This document shows, in pieces, positions 13,708 to 26,254 of a DNA stretch of 64,000 bases. A program made the position numbers and the translations under genes. The stretch comes from Lama glama (taxonomy: Eukaryota). Below the pieces are notes generated by a model. That model was not told the DNA's origin and did not search any database. It saw only the letters and a list, made by a program, of their open reading frames with translations. The stretch spans positions 28,832,001 to 28,896,000 of the forward strand of contig CM052818.1 of assembly GCA_028534125.1 (NCBI GenBank), read 5' to 3'. Positions within the stretch are counted from its first letter, which is position 1, and each line of letters opens with the position of its first letter.

Positions 13708-14063
13708 GTGTTCTAAGTGTTTGTGTCCTCATGAAATTCATATGTTGAAATCCTAGCCCCCAATGTAATGAAATTAGGAGATGAGGCCTTTGGCAGACAA
13801 TCATGTCATGAAGCTGGAGACCTCATAATTGGGATTATTGCCCTTATTAGAAGAGTTTGCTAGCTCCCTTTCTTCTCTCCGTCATGTGACGATACAACCA
13901 TAAGACAGTTATTTGCAATCTAGAAAGTGGTTTCTCACCAAATACTGGATCTCAACAGACTTGGACTTCCCAGTCTCCTGAACTGTAATAAATAAATGTT
14001 TGCTGTGTAAGCCACCCAGTCTGGTAATTTGTTATTATAGCAGTCTAAACTAAGAACTAAGAC
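13708..14063 (+). mobile_element. MaLR solo LTR, MLT1A-like
   Basis: tgtttgtgtcc..aaattcatatgttgaaatcctagcccccaatgt; ttggacttcccagtctcctgaactgt; aataaa signal; ends ctaagaca. Confidence 0.9.
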
Positions 14064-14377
14064 ATCCACTTCTCCCTTTTCTCTTCTATTCTGAATTCTA
14101 CTCTGAATTCTCCTCTGAATTCTCTATACAGCTTTTTCCATGTTGTCAGTCTTAGGGGTTTGGGCATTCTTTCTGCCTTACAATTCAAATTTGATGAGCT
14201 TCTAACACTTCACACCTTTGACTTAGACCAAAAACCTTCTGGAACACTGGACCATCTTAGTTTGTCAATTTTGATGAAGTTGGAATCATCCCAAGCAAGA
14301 GGGCTGGCCTGACACAGTTGCCTTATGTGTGAGGTTACTATAAGCCTCTCCTTAGAGGTTGTAAATAGTCAGGCATA

Positions 14378-14877
14378 NNNNNNNNNNNNNNNNNNNNNNN
14401 NNNNNNNNNNNNNNNNNNNNNNNNNNNNNNNNNNNNNNNNNNNNNNNNNNNNNNNNNNNNNNNNNNNNNNNNNNNNNNNNNNNNNNNNNNNNNNNNNNNN
14501 NNNNNNNNNNNNNNNNNNNNNNNNNNNNNNNNNNNNNNNNNNNNNNNNNNNNNNNNNNNNNNNNNNNNNNNNNNNNNNNNNNNNNNNNNNNNNNNNNNNN
14601 NNNNNNNNNNNNNNNNNNNNNNNNNNNNNNNNNNNNNNNNNNNNNNNNNNNNNNNNNNNNNNNNNNNNNNNNNNNNNNNNNNNNNNNNNNNNNNNNNNNN
14701 NNNNNNNNNNNNNNNNNNNNNNNNNNNNNNNNNNNNNNNNNNNNNNNNNNNNNNNNNNNNNNNNNNNNNNNNNNNNNNNNNNNNNNNNNNNNNNNNNNNN
14801 NNNNNNNNNNNNNNNNNNNNNNNNNNNNNNNNNNNNNNNNNNNNNNNNNNNNNNNNNNNNNNNNNNNNNNNNNNNNN
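14378..14877. other. Assembly gap (500 N)
   Basis: N run of exactly 500. Confidence 1.
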
Positions 14878-15471
14878 ACATGGAAACAGCCTAAATGTCC
14901 ATCAACAGGTGACTGGATAAAGATGTGGTATATTTATACAATGGAATTCTACTCAGCCATAAAAACTGACAACATATTGCCATTTGCAGCAAAATGGATG
15001 CTCCTGGAGAATGTCATTCTAAGTGAAGTAAGCCAGAAAGAGAAAGAAAAATACCATATGAGATCGCTCATATGTGGAATCTAAAAAACAAAAACAAAAA
15101 CAAACAAACAAATAAACAAAAACAAAGCATAAATACAGGACAGAAATAGACTCATAGACAGAGAATACAGACTTGTGGTTGCCGGTGGGTGGAGGGTGGG
15201 AAGGGATAGACTGGGATTTCAAAACTGTAGAATAGATAAACAAGATTACACCACTGTATAGCACAGGGAAATATACACAAAATATTATGATAACTCACAG
15301 AGAAAAAAATGTGACAATGAGTGTGTATATGTCCATGGATGACTGAAAAATTGTGCTGAACACTGGTATTTGACACAACATTGTAAAATGATTATAAATC
15401 AATAAAAAATGTTAAAAAAAAATAAAAAATAAAAGAGTAAAAAAAATAAATAGAGGAAAAAAAAAAAAAAA
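14878..15471 (+). mobile_element. Young camelid-type L1: end of ORF2, 3'UTR and poly(A)
   Basis: tggaaacagcctaaatgtccatcaacag (ORF2 C-terminus), full 3'UTR, aataaa and long A-rich tail; cut off by the gap on its left. Confidence 0.95.
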
Positions 15472-15519
15472 GAACAAAGGAGAGGTCAGGCTACTGACAC
15501 TCCCTGTGTACCTTTTTAA

Positions 15520-16280
15520 AGACAGTGCAGCAGTAATGGTAAGAATGGAAATATTTTAAGTGGGGATAATATTCAAACATATTTGCATTTTTAAAATATA
15601 GTTCTGTATTTAGTGTAGAGAGTAGGAATAAAGAAGGTATTGCAAGCAGTCAAACTCTAGCTAGAAAGCTACTGCAGTAATACAGGATCATGCAGTGGCA
15701 CTGGGTTAGAGAAAAGAAGGAAGATTCAAGAAATGTGCAGGAAGTAGTATCCAAAGGACTCAAGCTTCTCAATCTTTGATTGGAGGTGGGGGTGGTGAGG
15801 GATAAATTGAGGATGATGCAATTTGAGGTTTCCAGCTTGAGCCACTGGGTGAATGTGGTGCCGCAAAGTTAGAGATTATCAAGGGACTAATACTCTCTAA
15901 AATAATAACTAATATTTATATACTGTTTACTATGTAAAGGCACATAATAATAACTCGTTCATTCTCATCAACTCTGTAAGATAGTTGTTTTTCTTGTCCT
16001 CCTGTATAGATGAGGAAACTGAGATGCAGAAAGGCTGAGTGACCTTCCTAAGTCCTATACCAGGAAATGGCCAAGTCTGGATTTGAACAACTTAGGAGTA
16101 GGAGGGAGTTGAGAATAATCTCAGTTTTAGTCAAGCTGAGTTTGAGTGATCTATGGGACATGCTAGTAGGCATTTGAGCATGGAGGTTTGAAGCTCTGAA
16201 GAGAGACTTGCAGGATTTGGAAGTAACTAAAATCATGGTAATGGACAATACAGCTTCATGTAAAAAGACCAAGAATAGCC
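15520..16280 (-). mobile_element. LINE-2 internal fragment interrupted by a MIR
   Basis: Purine-rich antisense L2 (agaaagctactgcagtaatacagg; gaggtttccagcttgagccactgggtgaatgtggtgcc) resuming after about 16090. Confidence 0.65.
15900..16090 (-). mobile_element. MIR SINE
   Basis: MIR core tatagatgaggaaactgagatgcagaaaggctgagtgaccttcctaag. Confidence 0.85.
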
Positions 16281-16489
16281 CATTTCAGTTGAATAAAAAA
16301 TTAACAATAAGCATTTTATAGAGGTTAATGAAAGTCATAAAGTTAAGCAAACAAACCCTGAATCCATGCATAAGCAGAAAATAAAAACAAGGACTTTGAA
16401 ATAAGAGTTCAACCCAAAATGGTGCAGGCGTAAGACCTGGGGCAGTATCCTCATAGATCCATGCAATCAGATCTAAAGCCCATGCTCAA

Positions 16490-16592
16490 ACATATACATA
16501 GATAGAGGTATAGATATAGATACAATTTAAACACTTTGCTCTACACCAGAAACTAACACAACATAGAAATCAACTATATTTTAATTAAAAAA
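16490..16592 (+). mobile_element. Short L1 3' tail
   Basis: cactttgctctacaccagaaactaacacaacat..aatcaactata matches the L1 tails near 38250 and 59890. Confidence 0.8.
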
Positions 16593-19500
16593 CAGAAATA
16601 AAGTCCATCTTCTCAGCAATACTGGACAGAAGGAAGAGGACTTAAAGTATTCATCAAGTTGGTAGAGAGGAGAAATTAGAAGTTCATATCAAGTACCAAT
16701 ACGTCAGCAGTATTGCAAATAAATGACAATTTAAGTTTATTATGTACTATTTTCATTTACTCACAACAAATGCATTCAGTCACTACCAACTAATTGTTTT
16801 TCTGCCTCCCCAAAGTTCTAATTAAAGAAATTCTGGAATTTTGATAGCGAGATCATTGCAGACAAGATTCTTGCCCCAGAGTGGAGAAATGCAAATGCAG
16901 ATGAACAAAACATGATACAGAATATTGCTGATTATTTCTACAATGTCAATAGTGTATTCTATGCACTAATTAGCACTGTCCTGTGCACTAAATAAGTTTT
17001 TATTTTTTTACAGCAGAACATCCAGTAACCACTACTGTGAGTTTAGCCAGTCAGAATGCTAAGTCTCGATTTGCAAAGACTGAAACCCAGTCAGCATAAA
17101 AAAAGAAAAATGACAAAAAGATAGTAAGCAGAAAAAGGCAAACTAATCAGCTATATCTGCCTTCTTTTTTCTTTTTTTTTTTTGTATCTATAAAGTTGAT
17201 TAAAGTTGTCTCCCCCAGAAAAAGTCATTAGATAAGGAATCGAAAAGGTGTCATATGAAGAGAACATAAAAGGGAAAGAAAACTTGGCTTTGCCATCTCT
17301 TCCATAACTGCTGCTGGACTTTGTCTCGTTGGGCCCCCAGCTATTAAATCAATTGATCCCCAACATTTCTGAGCACAGGCACTGCATAGCTGATGCATCT
17401 TTACAGAAAATGATGATTTCTACTGCCCACACACCAGCAGAGCAGAAGAAGGCACACAACATTCACTGAGTCCATCCTTTGTGTGTTTTCAGTTACAGTG
17501 TCTCAGGCGATGTTTCAATTAGTCCATTAATCAACATATCTTTGCAGAGGGTCACATGGCAGACATGTGCTCTGTACCAGAGATGCTGTGGTGAGCAGGA
17601 AGACATGCTTTGATTATGATCTTAGTTTTTTCCTAGCTATTAAGTGTGGGATGGGGAACCAGTCAAACTTACATGTTTAGCTCTTAAAGTCCTCCCTTTC
17701 TACTATAACATCTTTCTTCCTGGGCATTTCTACTCCCTCTGGGTTACACAGTCTTTAAATAGGAGTTAAGAATCAAAGACTAAAATAGGAATAATATTTT
17801 CAGAGTAATTCTTGTTTACCCTTTAAGGATCTTGTAAGATAGCAGAATTATTAAAATGAGGCCCTTCTGGGTCACCGTGGTACACTGGGTAAGGAGTTTT
17901 CTAAGATGCTCATAGAGAATCTATGAGGTAAAACAGAAGGAATGCCTCATGGGCCTGGCACTGTCAAACTATGAAGAGAGATCAGTGACCTATTTCTCTA
18001 AGTCTGATGCACACTCCATAAGCCCAAAAGACCATCTAATATTAAATTAGAAAATGAAAAAATTCTCCTTGCATTCCTTTTTTCTTTTGTTCATGAAGTG
18101 ACCATGTAAGGAGTAAATCACTGATAAGTTACCACTAAGTGTTGTATCAGGTCAGTCTACCCCTTGATAAAAACTGCTATAATGTGACACAATCACCATC
18201 CAAGTGACTGAAACTAGAAGACAGCCAAGTATAATTTCCTGAATCACTACTTCAGAAAATCAAGGTGCCTTTTCATGAGGACAAAATCACTAGTGATCTT
18301 CCAATTTGACTAAAAAGTATATGAGGCTTACTCCTGAAAAGTACGTTGTGAAGTTTCACAGAGGATGAGAATCCATCCCTTGCCTTGGTTATGAAATCAG
18401 GATCCTCATCCTGATATCTGTTTCTTCCTTCAACTCATTTCAGCCTCAGAACTAGTCATGTGGGAAGATTCCTTTCTCATGCTAAATGTTCACACACAAT
18501 CAATCCAGCATATAAGAACCTGTTCGCCTCAGTAACTGCATGTTCTGTCACTTATCACATAACATTAAAAGTGTGTTAAATGTTTACTAATTTGCCAACC
18601 ACAATTTTCACCTGTTATAATGTCCTTAAAGAAAAGCATTGCCTACTGAGAAAGGTATTTCTTATTTTCAAGGCAAATAGGCTTCCCTCAACGGCAAGAT
18701 TGCACAATGGATATTATTCTCTCACTTTCAAATTAGGCCTTTTCCTTTGGGGAGAAACCATCTACCAGAAGTATTAGCCTCTAACATTCCTCAGCATGAA
18801 ATATATCTCTCAATGACGAGCTCTCTTTGGAGACAGAAAGTGATAAGGCAGAATAGGATAGAGCAAAGCAGGGATTACTTAAGAAGTATGAGAATGGTTT
18901 TCTTGGCCCAAAAATGCTCTATCATGGAAAGCAGTAATTTTACTTAAGTATGGTCCTAGTTCAAAACGCAGGCCAGGCGAAAAGATTTGAGCAATAATGA
19001 ATCTCTGTGACAGTGTTGTGCCATAGAAAGAAGATGGGCCTTCTCCAAGGTGCTGAATTCAAGCAATAGAAGAAAAGCCTCATTCCATACCTCTTGTGAT
19101 ATACTGTATTCTTATGTTGATTGACTGACAAGCTAAAAAGAGTTTGCTGCTGCTGCATTGGTGTTTGGACTAAACAAAAAGCAAGCTAGAGAAATTCCTA
19201 GCCAGAATTTCCTCAAGCAATCAGACCCAGCTTTTTCTAATCTCTTCCTAAATCCAGGAAAAGTAGAAAGTGACAATTTAGACACAGACCACCAAGCATC
19301 TGATTGTTCTTTGATTGTTCTCACACCTACAAAGGATCTATGGACATGTCCTTAAGGACAATCTGAACTAAGGCTGTAATCTATAGCTCCTTTCAGTTAT
19401 AAACTAAAATAAGCTGTCCACCCCACAAATGACTGAATTAAAAATTACATCAGAATATCTTAAAAGTTACTTTAGTACAAGGCCTACTAGAAGAAATAAA

Positions 19501-19975
19501 GATTCATGCCTGGATTGTCCTTTAATAAAGTTTTATTATGTCTTCATATTTATGAGAACACAGTTACAGTGAGGACTGACAGCTCTGAAGTTTTAACAAA
19601 CTACTGCTCAATTCCTAATGAAAATGAGGACCTCAGAGTCCTTTCCCCAGTCTCAGAGTGAATTATGAATTGGCTGACCTACACTAGTACAACCTTCAAC
19701 TTAAAAAAAAAAATTATAAGGCAGAAGAACTTGGGAATAAATCAGCCATCCCCTGAGGACACAGGACAGAGATGAAAACTCACTGACTTCTTTGAGTTCT
19801 CCCAGCATGACAACTAGGACAAGGAAGCTAAAAAGAACAAACACTCTATGAGGTAATAAAAATGTCGGTTCTGAATTTTAGGCTCTCATACCACAAGCAA
19901 AACTGAGATTTGAGAGTGATCTGGTATGATTTTTGTCATCCCAAAGGTTCTGAGTTGCCAGACAAGCCCTGTAGA

Positions 19976-20424
19976 GCAATTGTTTTTTAACCAGTGGTGC
20001 ATCAGGGTCACATTTGGTTTTTTTCAAGTTGCAGTATAGTCAGTTTACAATGTTGTGTCAATTTCTGGTTGTAGTACAGCATAATGTATGTCAGTTATAC
20101 CTATATATACACATATTCCTTTTCATATTCTTTTTCATTATAGGTTACTATAAGATATTGAATATAGTTTCCTATTCTATACAGTATAAACTTGTTGTTT
20201 ATCTATTTTATATATAGTAGTTAGTAAATCCCCAACTCCCAATTTATCCCTTCCCACCCCATTCCTCACCCGGTAACCCTCTGTGGATCAGCCACTGCAA
20301 AATCACCTGAAGTACTTAATAAAATTAAAATTCCAAGACCTCACTCCAAACACATCCAATCACAGCCAGTCAGACAAGCTCCCTGGGTAATGCTTTTATA
20401 ACCATTAAAACTTGAGAACCACTA
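19976..20424. mobile_element. MER5-type hAT-Charlie MITE split by an L1 insertion
   Basis: Left end caattgttttttaacc; after the L1, aatcacctgaagtactt...aagctccctgggtaatgc...ttgagaaccact. Confidence 0.6.
20018..20280 (-). mobile_element. L1 3'UTR fragment
   Basis: gtatagtcagtttacaatgttgtgtcaatttctgg...ccaatttatcccttcccacccc is antisense L1 3' end. Confidence 0.9.
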
Positions 20425-21521
20425 AAAGTTAGAGAATCATCAGCAATAGATAATTCAAACAATTATGAGCCTCATAATCATTCAGTGATAAATTATATCT
20501 TTAAACTAATTATAAATTTAACACCTCAGCCTTCTCTATTTTCTAGTTAAAACCATGAAAGGTAAGAATTTGAAAACAATATAGTCACCTTTATACATAA
20601 CTTCAAAAAATATATAAAAAAAGACAGGCAAAACCTCAAATATCACTAAGCTTGCTTATCTGTACATTTACTATACTATAACCCATGAGACTGTCCCCAG
20701 AACTGTTACACCATGGGGTCACTTATCAGAGACCAACTGTTTTTCCTTTACCAACACTCACTAACACACAGGCACTTTCTTTGTGTTACCTGCATATTCA
20801 ATGTATTCTCTATCCCTGTGAGAGAACAATCACTTTTAATTTCATCCAGCAAATATTGCTCTGTGGCTCTGATATACTCTGAACTCCAAATCCCTGAATG
20901 TTACTTCTGACACTGGAATACAAATTCACAAAATGAAAGACCCAAAATGCTTTTCTTCTTCAAAATAGTGATCAAAAGTAAATGCTATTTTCCTGCGTAT
21001 GGAAAAACAGAGAAAATCTCCATCTGCAAAAAGCTGAGTAGATACAGAATTTTAAATCAAGTCTATAACCAGGCATTATAAAATGGGGACCTAGAAATTA
21101 TGTGTTTAATTGGGTAATTCAGGATTAAAATATTTTCTTCCCCCATATACAAGCTGGAATTTTGGGAGTCACATTTACATGAAATTTTATTCTTTTAAAT
21201 GTATTATTATTTAAATGTATTAAATATATAATTGCATATAATACATAATATAAAATGTTCTGTACATCTCTAGAGTACTTTTCAAGTAATTAATTATTAT
21301 GGATTTGAAAAATATATTCTAGCAAGCCATTTCTCACAATTTAATTTGGAAAATGTTTGATGAGGCTATATCATGCTCATTCATTCATTCTTACTTCCTT
21401 TGACACTCACATTTCCTGAGTTCATATCTCTTAGTGATAATAACAGCAGAGATTGCTGTGATGAATGAGCAAGGGTCAGAAAGGAGTGGACCTACTCTAC
21501 CAGGAAGAGTAGCATGACTAC

Positions 21522-21678
21522 TGTTTGCATTTCCTATGGCTGCTGCAACAAATTACCATAAACTTTGTAGCTTAAAACAACAGAAATTTATTATCTTACG
21601 TTTCTAAAGGTAAGAGGTAGAAAATGGATCTTATAAGCCAAAATCAAAATGTTAACAGAGCTGCATTTCTTCTGGAAT
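21522..21678 (-). mobile_element. MLT1 LTR 3' fragment
   Basis: tttcctatggctgctgcaacaaattaccataaact..gcttaaaacaacagaaatttattatcttac. Confidence 0.85.
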
Positions 21679-22680
21679 AAATTAAAGTTAAAAATAAATA
21701 AGTAAAACACACCCTGCAAATCTTAGTCTTAAAATGAGGAACCTCCAGATGCAGAAGACAGTCTGGATGGTACACTTCCAACATGGTTTCTTTAGGAAAT
21801 ATTTTAAGAGGGACCTTCACCAGCACAACACAATTCTTAGAAAGTGCTTCTCATCCTTTAATATTCTGACTGAAGCATGGAAATCATCCCCCTTAAGAAC
21901 CCTTAGCACAGTGGGGTCAAACTTAGAACATTAACATTGACTTTATTGAATGTTTAGGGATTTTAAAATATTAAAAACAAAGATGTTTTTAAATGTTCAC
22001 ATAATTTGACTTAGATGATCTGGTTTGATCTCTAAAGTTCATATCAGAAATTTAAATTTTTCCCCTTCTAGATCTTGATGAATGTGAAGTAGGCAGAATC
22101 ATTGTGGCCATCACTGAAGCACTCACATCTGGACATTTACTCTTCTCAACAAGTAGACCACAGACAATAAAGCTTCTGTTGCCAACCTCCCTGTGAAAAG
22201 TCCTCCTTCAAGTCCCCTGCTTCAAGCTTTGCCTTTACAAGATGACAGATGCCTGGAACTATCATTCTCAGCTTTTCTACCTTCTAGCTAGAGTGGTCCA
22301 CCACCACTACCATGTACATACAAATAAATAAGCCTCTCACTTCTGGCAAGATCTTAGTCTTACAAAAGTGACATCAAGATCAAGGACCTAGTATAAGCCT
22401 TAAGCAGGTTTGGCCAGGAAAGGATAATCAAGACTTCAGTACAAAATAAATTATACAAGTTTAGAACAGCCTCTACAGAGAATGAACACATACTCAATTT
22501 TGCTCTTCAGATTCCTTCTTCTCTTTCCATGTTTCCTTAGAGAAGGTACAAAAATTCCAAAAAATCTAAATTGCCATAATAGAACTCCTGTGTCTCTCAC
22601 CAACCACTTATGTTATCAATGGAGACAGAGGTGCAGTTGGAATTTGTGACGGCCATTCAAAAGTACAATTTTCTGTAGGG

Positions 22681-22819
22681 TAGTGGATCTCTAACTTGGC
22701 TGTACATTGGAATCACCTATGAAACTTAAAAAAAAAATCCCGCTCTTTGAGGTTCTGATATAGTTGGTCTGGTTGCTTCCCAAATCATTCTGATCTTCAG
22801 CCAAGGCTGGGAGCTACTA
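22681..22819. mobile_element. MER5A1/B-like hAT MITE
   Basis: agtggatctctaacttggctgtacattggaatcacct ... cagccaaggctgggagctact. Confidence 0.75.
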
Positions 22820-22827
22820 AGGAAGAG

Positions 22828-23043
22828 CAGGATTGCTCTAACTTTGCATATTACCTTTTTAGACTGGGTAATTACTTGTTGTGGAGGGTCATTTCTATGT
22901 ACTCTATGATGTTTAGCAGCATCCCTTCCCTCTGCCCACTAGATGCCAGCAGCATCACTCTACTCCAAGTACTAACAAAGATGTCTCCAGACATCGCCAA
23001 ATGTCCCTTGAGGGATAAAACTGCCTCCAGTTGAGAACCACTG
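22828..23043 (+). mobile_element. MER20 hAT-Charlie element
   Basis: gatgtttagcagcatccct..cccactagatgccagcagca..tgtctccagacatcgccaaatgtccc..gttgagaaccactg. Confidence 0.9.
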
Positions 23044-23109
23044 CCCTAGAGTGAAGAAGGCTACTGCTCAATGTGGTTCAAACCCTTCAATCTCGATTCT
23101 TCTAAGATG

Positions 23110-23356
23110 CATGTGGTAAGGAGTAAGAGCACTGCCCTGATGTCAAAATGCCCAGGTTAGAATCAAGGTTCTACAACCTACCAGTTGTGTGAACTGGGTC
23201 AAATTTCTTAACCTCTCTAAGCTAGCTGTGAAATAGAGCTAATAAGTGCACATTACTTTAAGATTACTGTGGGATGGGCTAATACTAGTAAAGCATTTAA
23301 AGAATATCTGCCTATCATATAGTAAGTGCTTACTGAACGTTAGTATCTATTGTTGT
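23110..23356 (+). mobile_element. MIR SINE, near full length
   Basis: taagagcactgccctgatgtcaaaatgcccaggttagaatc..tgtgtgaactgggtcaaatttcttaacctctctaagc..atagtaagtgctt. Confidence 0.85.
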
Positions 23357-24004
23357 CGTTAATTGTCTGTCCCATGTTCTACATCCATAAAAAAAACACA
23401 TAATGCTGAAACTCTCGCTCTAGATTCTACCAGTAATTTGGACAGTATGAAGCAAGTCAGAGTGCTGGAAGATGACTCAGTATCAAGCCTGCTTTGTCTG
23501 ATAGCCCAAAAGGTGGGAGCTTTTGACCAGCTGATTACAGCCAATCGACAAAACAGACAGACTAGTCCCTATTCGGCTATCAGTCCTCGAATCTAGAGGA
23601 GAAACAATGACTCTCCTACCCTACTTTCTAGAGATGCATAGATACACACACACACACAAAGTTTCCAACATACTTCTTTCTTAGACTATGACTTATGAAC
23701 AGTATCCATTCATTCATATATTCAACCACAACTTACTGAACACAGCTGAGAGTCACTTGGGCACATTAGTCAAATATCTATTGACTCACACACTGTAACT
23801 GTCATTATTTATCAGATGTATATAAACCTCCAATTTTCCCAGAGACTTTTGAGTTTTAAAACCTAAAATATACCTATGTTCACATTCTAAACAATGGATA
23901 ACTTTAACATATAAACTAACTTTAATAACTTGACTATAATAAATCCTATCCTTTAAAATTACAATCCTGATTGAGATTTAAATTGAACATTTTAAAGGTA
24001 AAAT

Positions 24005-24545
24005 TCCTGTGTTTCTTCTCCACACAAAATACACACACACTTCACTCCTGGTTACCAAATGGGTGTTTTGGTTTTCCCACGTGAAGCAATTCTCTGATTC
24101 TCCAGACACCAGCTGAGCGTCCTACAAACTACCTGGAGTTCATGTCAGATACCACAGGTTTAGGGCTCAATCCCACAAAACTTTTCCAAACACAACTGCA
24201 GATTATCACCTGTTTCTGACTGACCAGCTATAAATCGGGGCTTCCCATCAACCCACCTTTGGATGCAGTCATTTGCTAGAATGGTTCACAGAACTCAGGA
24301 AAACAATTTACTTACTAGATTATTGGTTTATTATAAAAAGGTTATGACTCAAGAACAGCCAGATGGAAATGCAAGGTATGGGGGAGGGTGCATGGAGTTT
24401 CCATGCTCTCTCCAGGCATGTTACCCACCCCTAGCACCAATATATGTTCACCGTCAGAAAGCTATTCAAATCGCATCATTTTGGTTACTTTGGAAGCTTC
24501 ATTACATAGGCATGATTTATTAAGTCAGTGGCCACTGATAACCTC
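24005..24545 (-). mobile_element. MER21-family LTR fragment
   Basis: aagcaattctc..gacaccagctgagcgtcctacaa..ccacaggtttagggctcaatcccacaa..tttgctagaatggttcacagaactcagg. Confidence 0.8.
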
Positions 24546-24599
24546 AACTGTAACAGTAATTATCCAGAGGAAACACTAATGAGGGAAAACATCACTGAA

Positions 24600-24870
24600 C
24601 AACAACTGCATACAATAAGGATGAAGATCATAGTTTAAAAATTCTGTAAGTCTTGTCTTAATCTGGAAGAAGATAAAAATACTAGTTAACTTTAGACTTT
24701 CATAAAGATGCATGCTAAAATAGCTAGGGTAATCACTTAAAGAATAATATGGAGCATATACTTCCAAACAAATAGCAGAAGAAAACTAGTGGGAAAAGAA
24801 CAAGAAGCCTCAATCAATTATGATGAGAAAAGAGACAAGAAAAGAAGAAGAAATAGAATGCATCATACAT
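24600..24870 (+). mobile_element. Old L1 (L1ME-like) fragment
   Basis: aaaatactagttaactttagactt..gggtaatcacttaaagaata..tatacttccaaac resembles the old L1 inter-ORF region. Confidence 0.5.
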
Positions 24871-25885
24871 AAAGAAAGGCTCAATTAAAAGGAACTGATA
24901 ATCAAAAATCTCTTTTTAAAGTAAAATCAAAGATCTTTAGAAAGGCTATTTCTTCAGGGTAAGAATAAAAAGGAAAAATTACCCAGAAAGAAAACACTTA
25001 ATGGTAGAAATTCATAACCATACATGACTGGGTTTACACTAAAAAAAAAAAAAGTTAAAGTCTATAAATTGCTAAAACCAAGAGGAACACTTCTCCCAGA
25101 ATTTCTAAACGTTTCCAGAAAGATTTTTTGCCTAAATTAGTACTGATGATTGCTGTAATTATTTTACTTCACCTTGAATATATGTAATTCATTCCCCTAT
25201 TCAAGAACTTGCTATCTGGACACAGAGATGGCCCAAAGACTACAATTTCTATAAGCAATGTCACTTTGGAAAAAAAAAAAAACCTAACCCATTTTAAGTC
25301 AAAATTAGCATATGTCTCTTTGATTCTGTTTTAATCCAAACAGCTCGTAAGGGTACTAGTGCATAATTTGACCTAAAAAATGTTTTTCAGCCTCCTTATA
25401 CTCACAATCAGACACCTGAACAGTATTTCAGAAACAAAAAGAATCTCTGCTCTGGCACTTTCTCTCAGAAGCTGGCCCTTCTATCTCTCCATGGACAAGA
25501 AAGATGCTGAATGTTTTAAAACCTGGCTACTTCTGCTTTTAACTCAAAATTCTATCTGTATTTAACTCTGGGTTAAAAACAGAAATTATCTTTTCCAAAT
25601 TAGAGGAGGGAGATTTACTATTGCTTCTTAAAAAAAGAAATTATTTTCCCAGACTGCATTAGTATCTACTGTACTGTTTGAAATTCGCAAATAACAATCC
25701 ATGAGCCATATCTACGATTTTCAAACTTATGTGTATAAAAATTTTTATATACATCTTCATGTTTCAGCTTTCTGATCCTCATCTTCAGAAATTCTGATGA
25801 GAGGAAAGGGAACAGAGAAAGAGAAGAGGAAACCAGTGAAGCTGTACACTTACGGATACCCAAAAGATTATCTGATGCCTATCAT

Positions 25886-26030
25886 CTAAAGTGCTGATAG
25901 TTAACAGGATCAGTATCACTTGGAGCTTGTTAGAAATGCAGAATCTCAGGCTCTACCCCAGAACTTCCAAGTCAGAATCTAGATTTTATCAAGATTCTTG
26001 GATGATTCATATGCATTTTGAAGACCGATA
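25886..26030 (+). mobile_element. MER5A hAT MITE
   Basis: atcagtatcacttggagcttgttagaaatgcagaatctcaggctctacccagaa. Confidence 0.85.
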
Positions 26031-26254
26031 AGCAAAGTATTAAGCACAGCCCCACGGAGATTCTGTTGTAATTTGGATATGAACCAGAAAGACTTTCTGA
26101 AGGCTGATGACTTTGAAAAGTTAATTTCTTGGTAGAATAAATATTCTTGAACTGAAACTTCTTATATTTTAAAACAGAATTTAAGTCATTTTGTTTAACT
26201 ATAAATGACATGGGAACAATGACCTGGCTGCAGTTAAATTGTGAATTAGGTGCT

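Noticed and set aside
14325..14894. Long ORFs spanning N runs (also 35755-36471 and 55639-56256)
   Set aside because: Artefacts of translating the 500-N gaps
22072..22196. Acceptor followed by DLDECEVG, resembling the start of a calcium-binding EGF exon
   Set aside because: The remaining cysteines and the N-T-x-G-S motif are absent in frame, and there is no suitable donor; most likely chance
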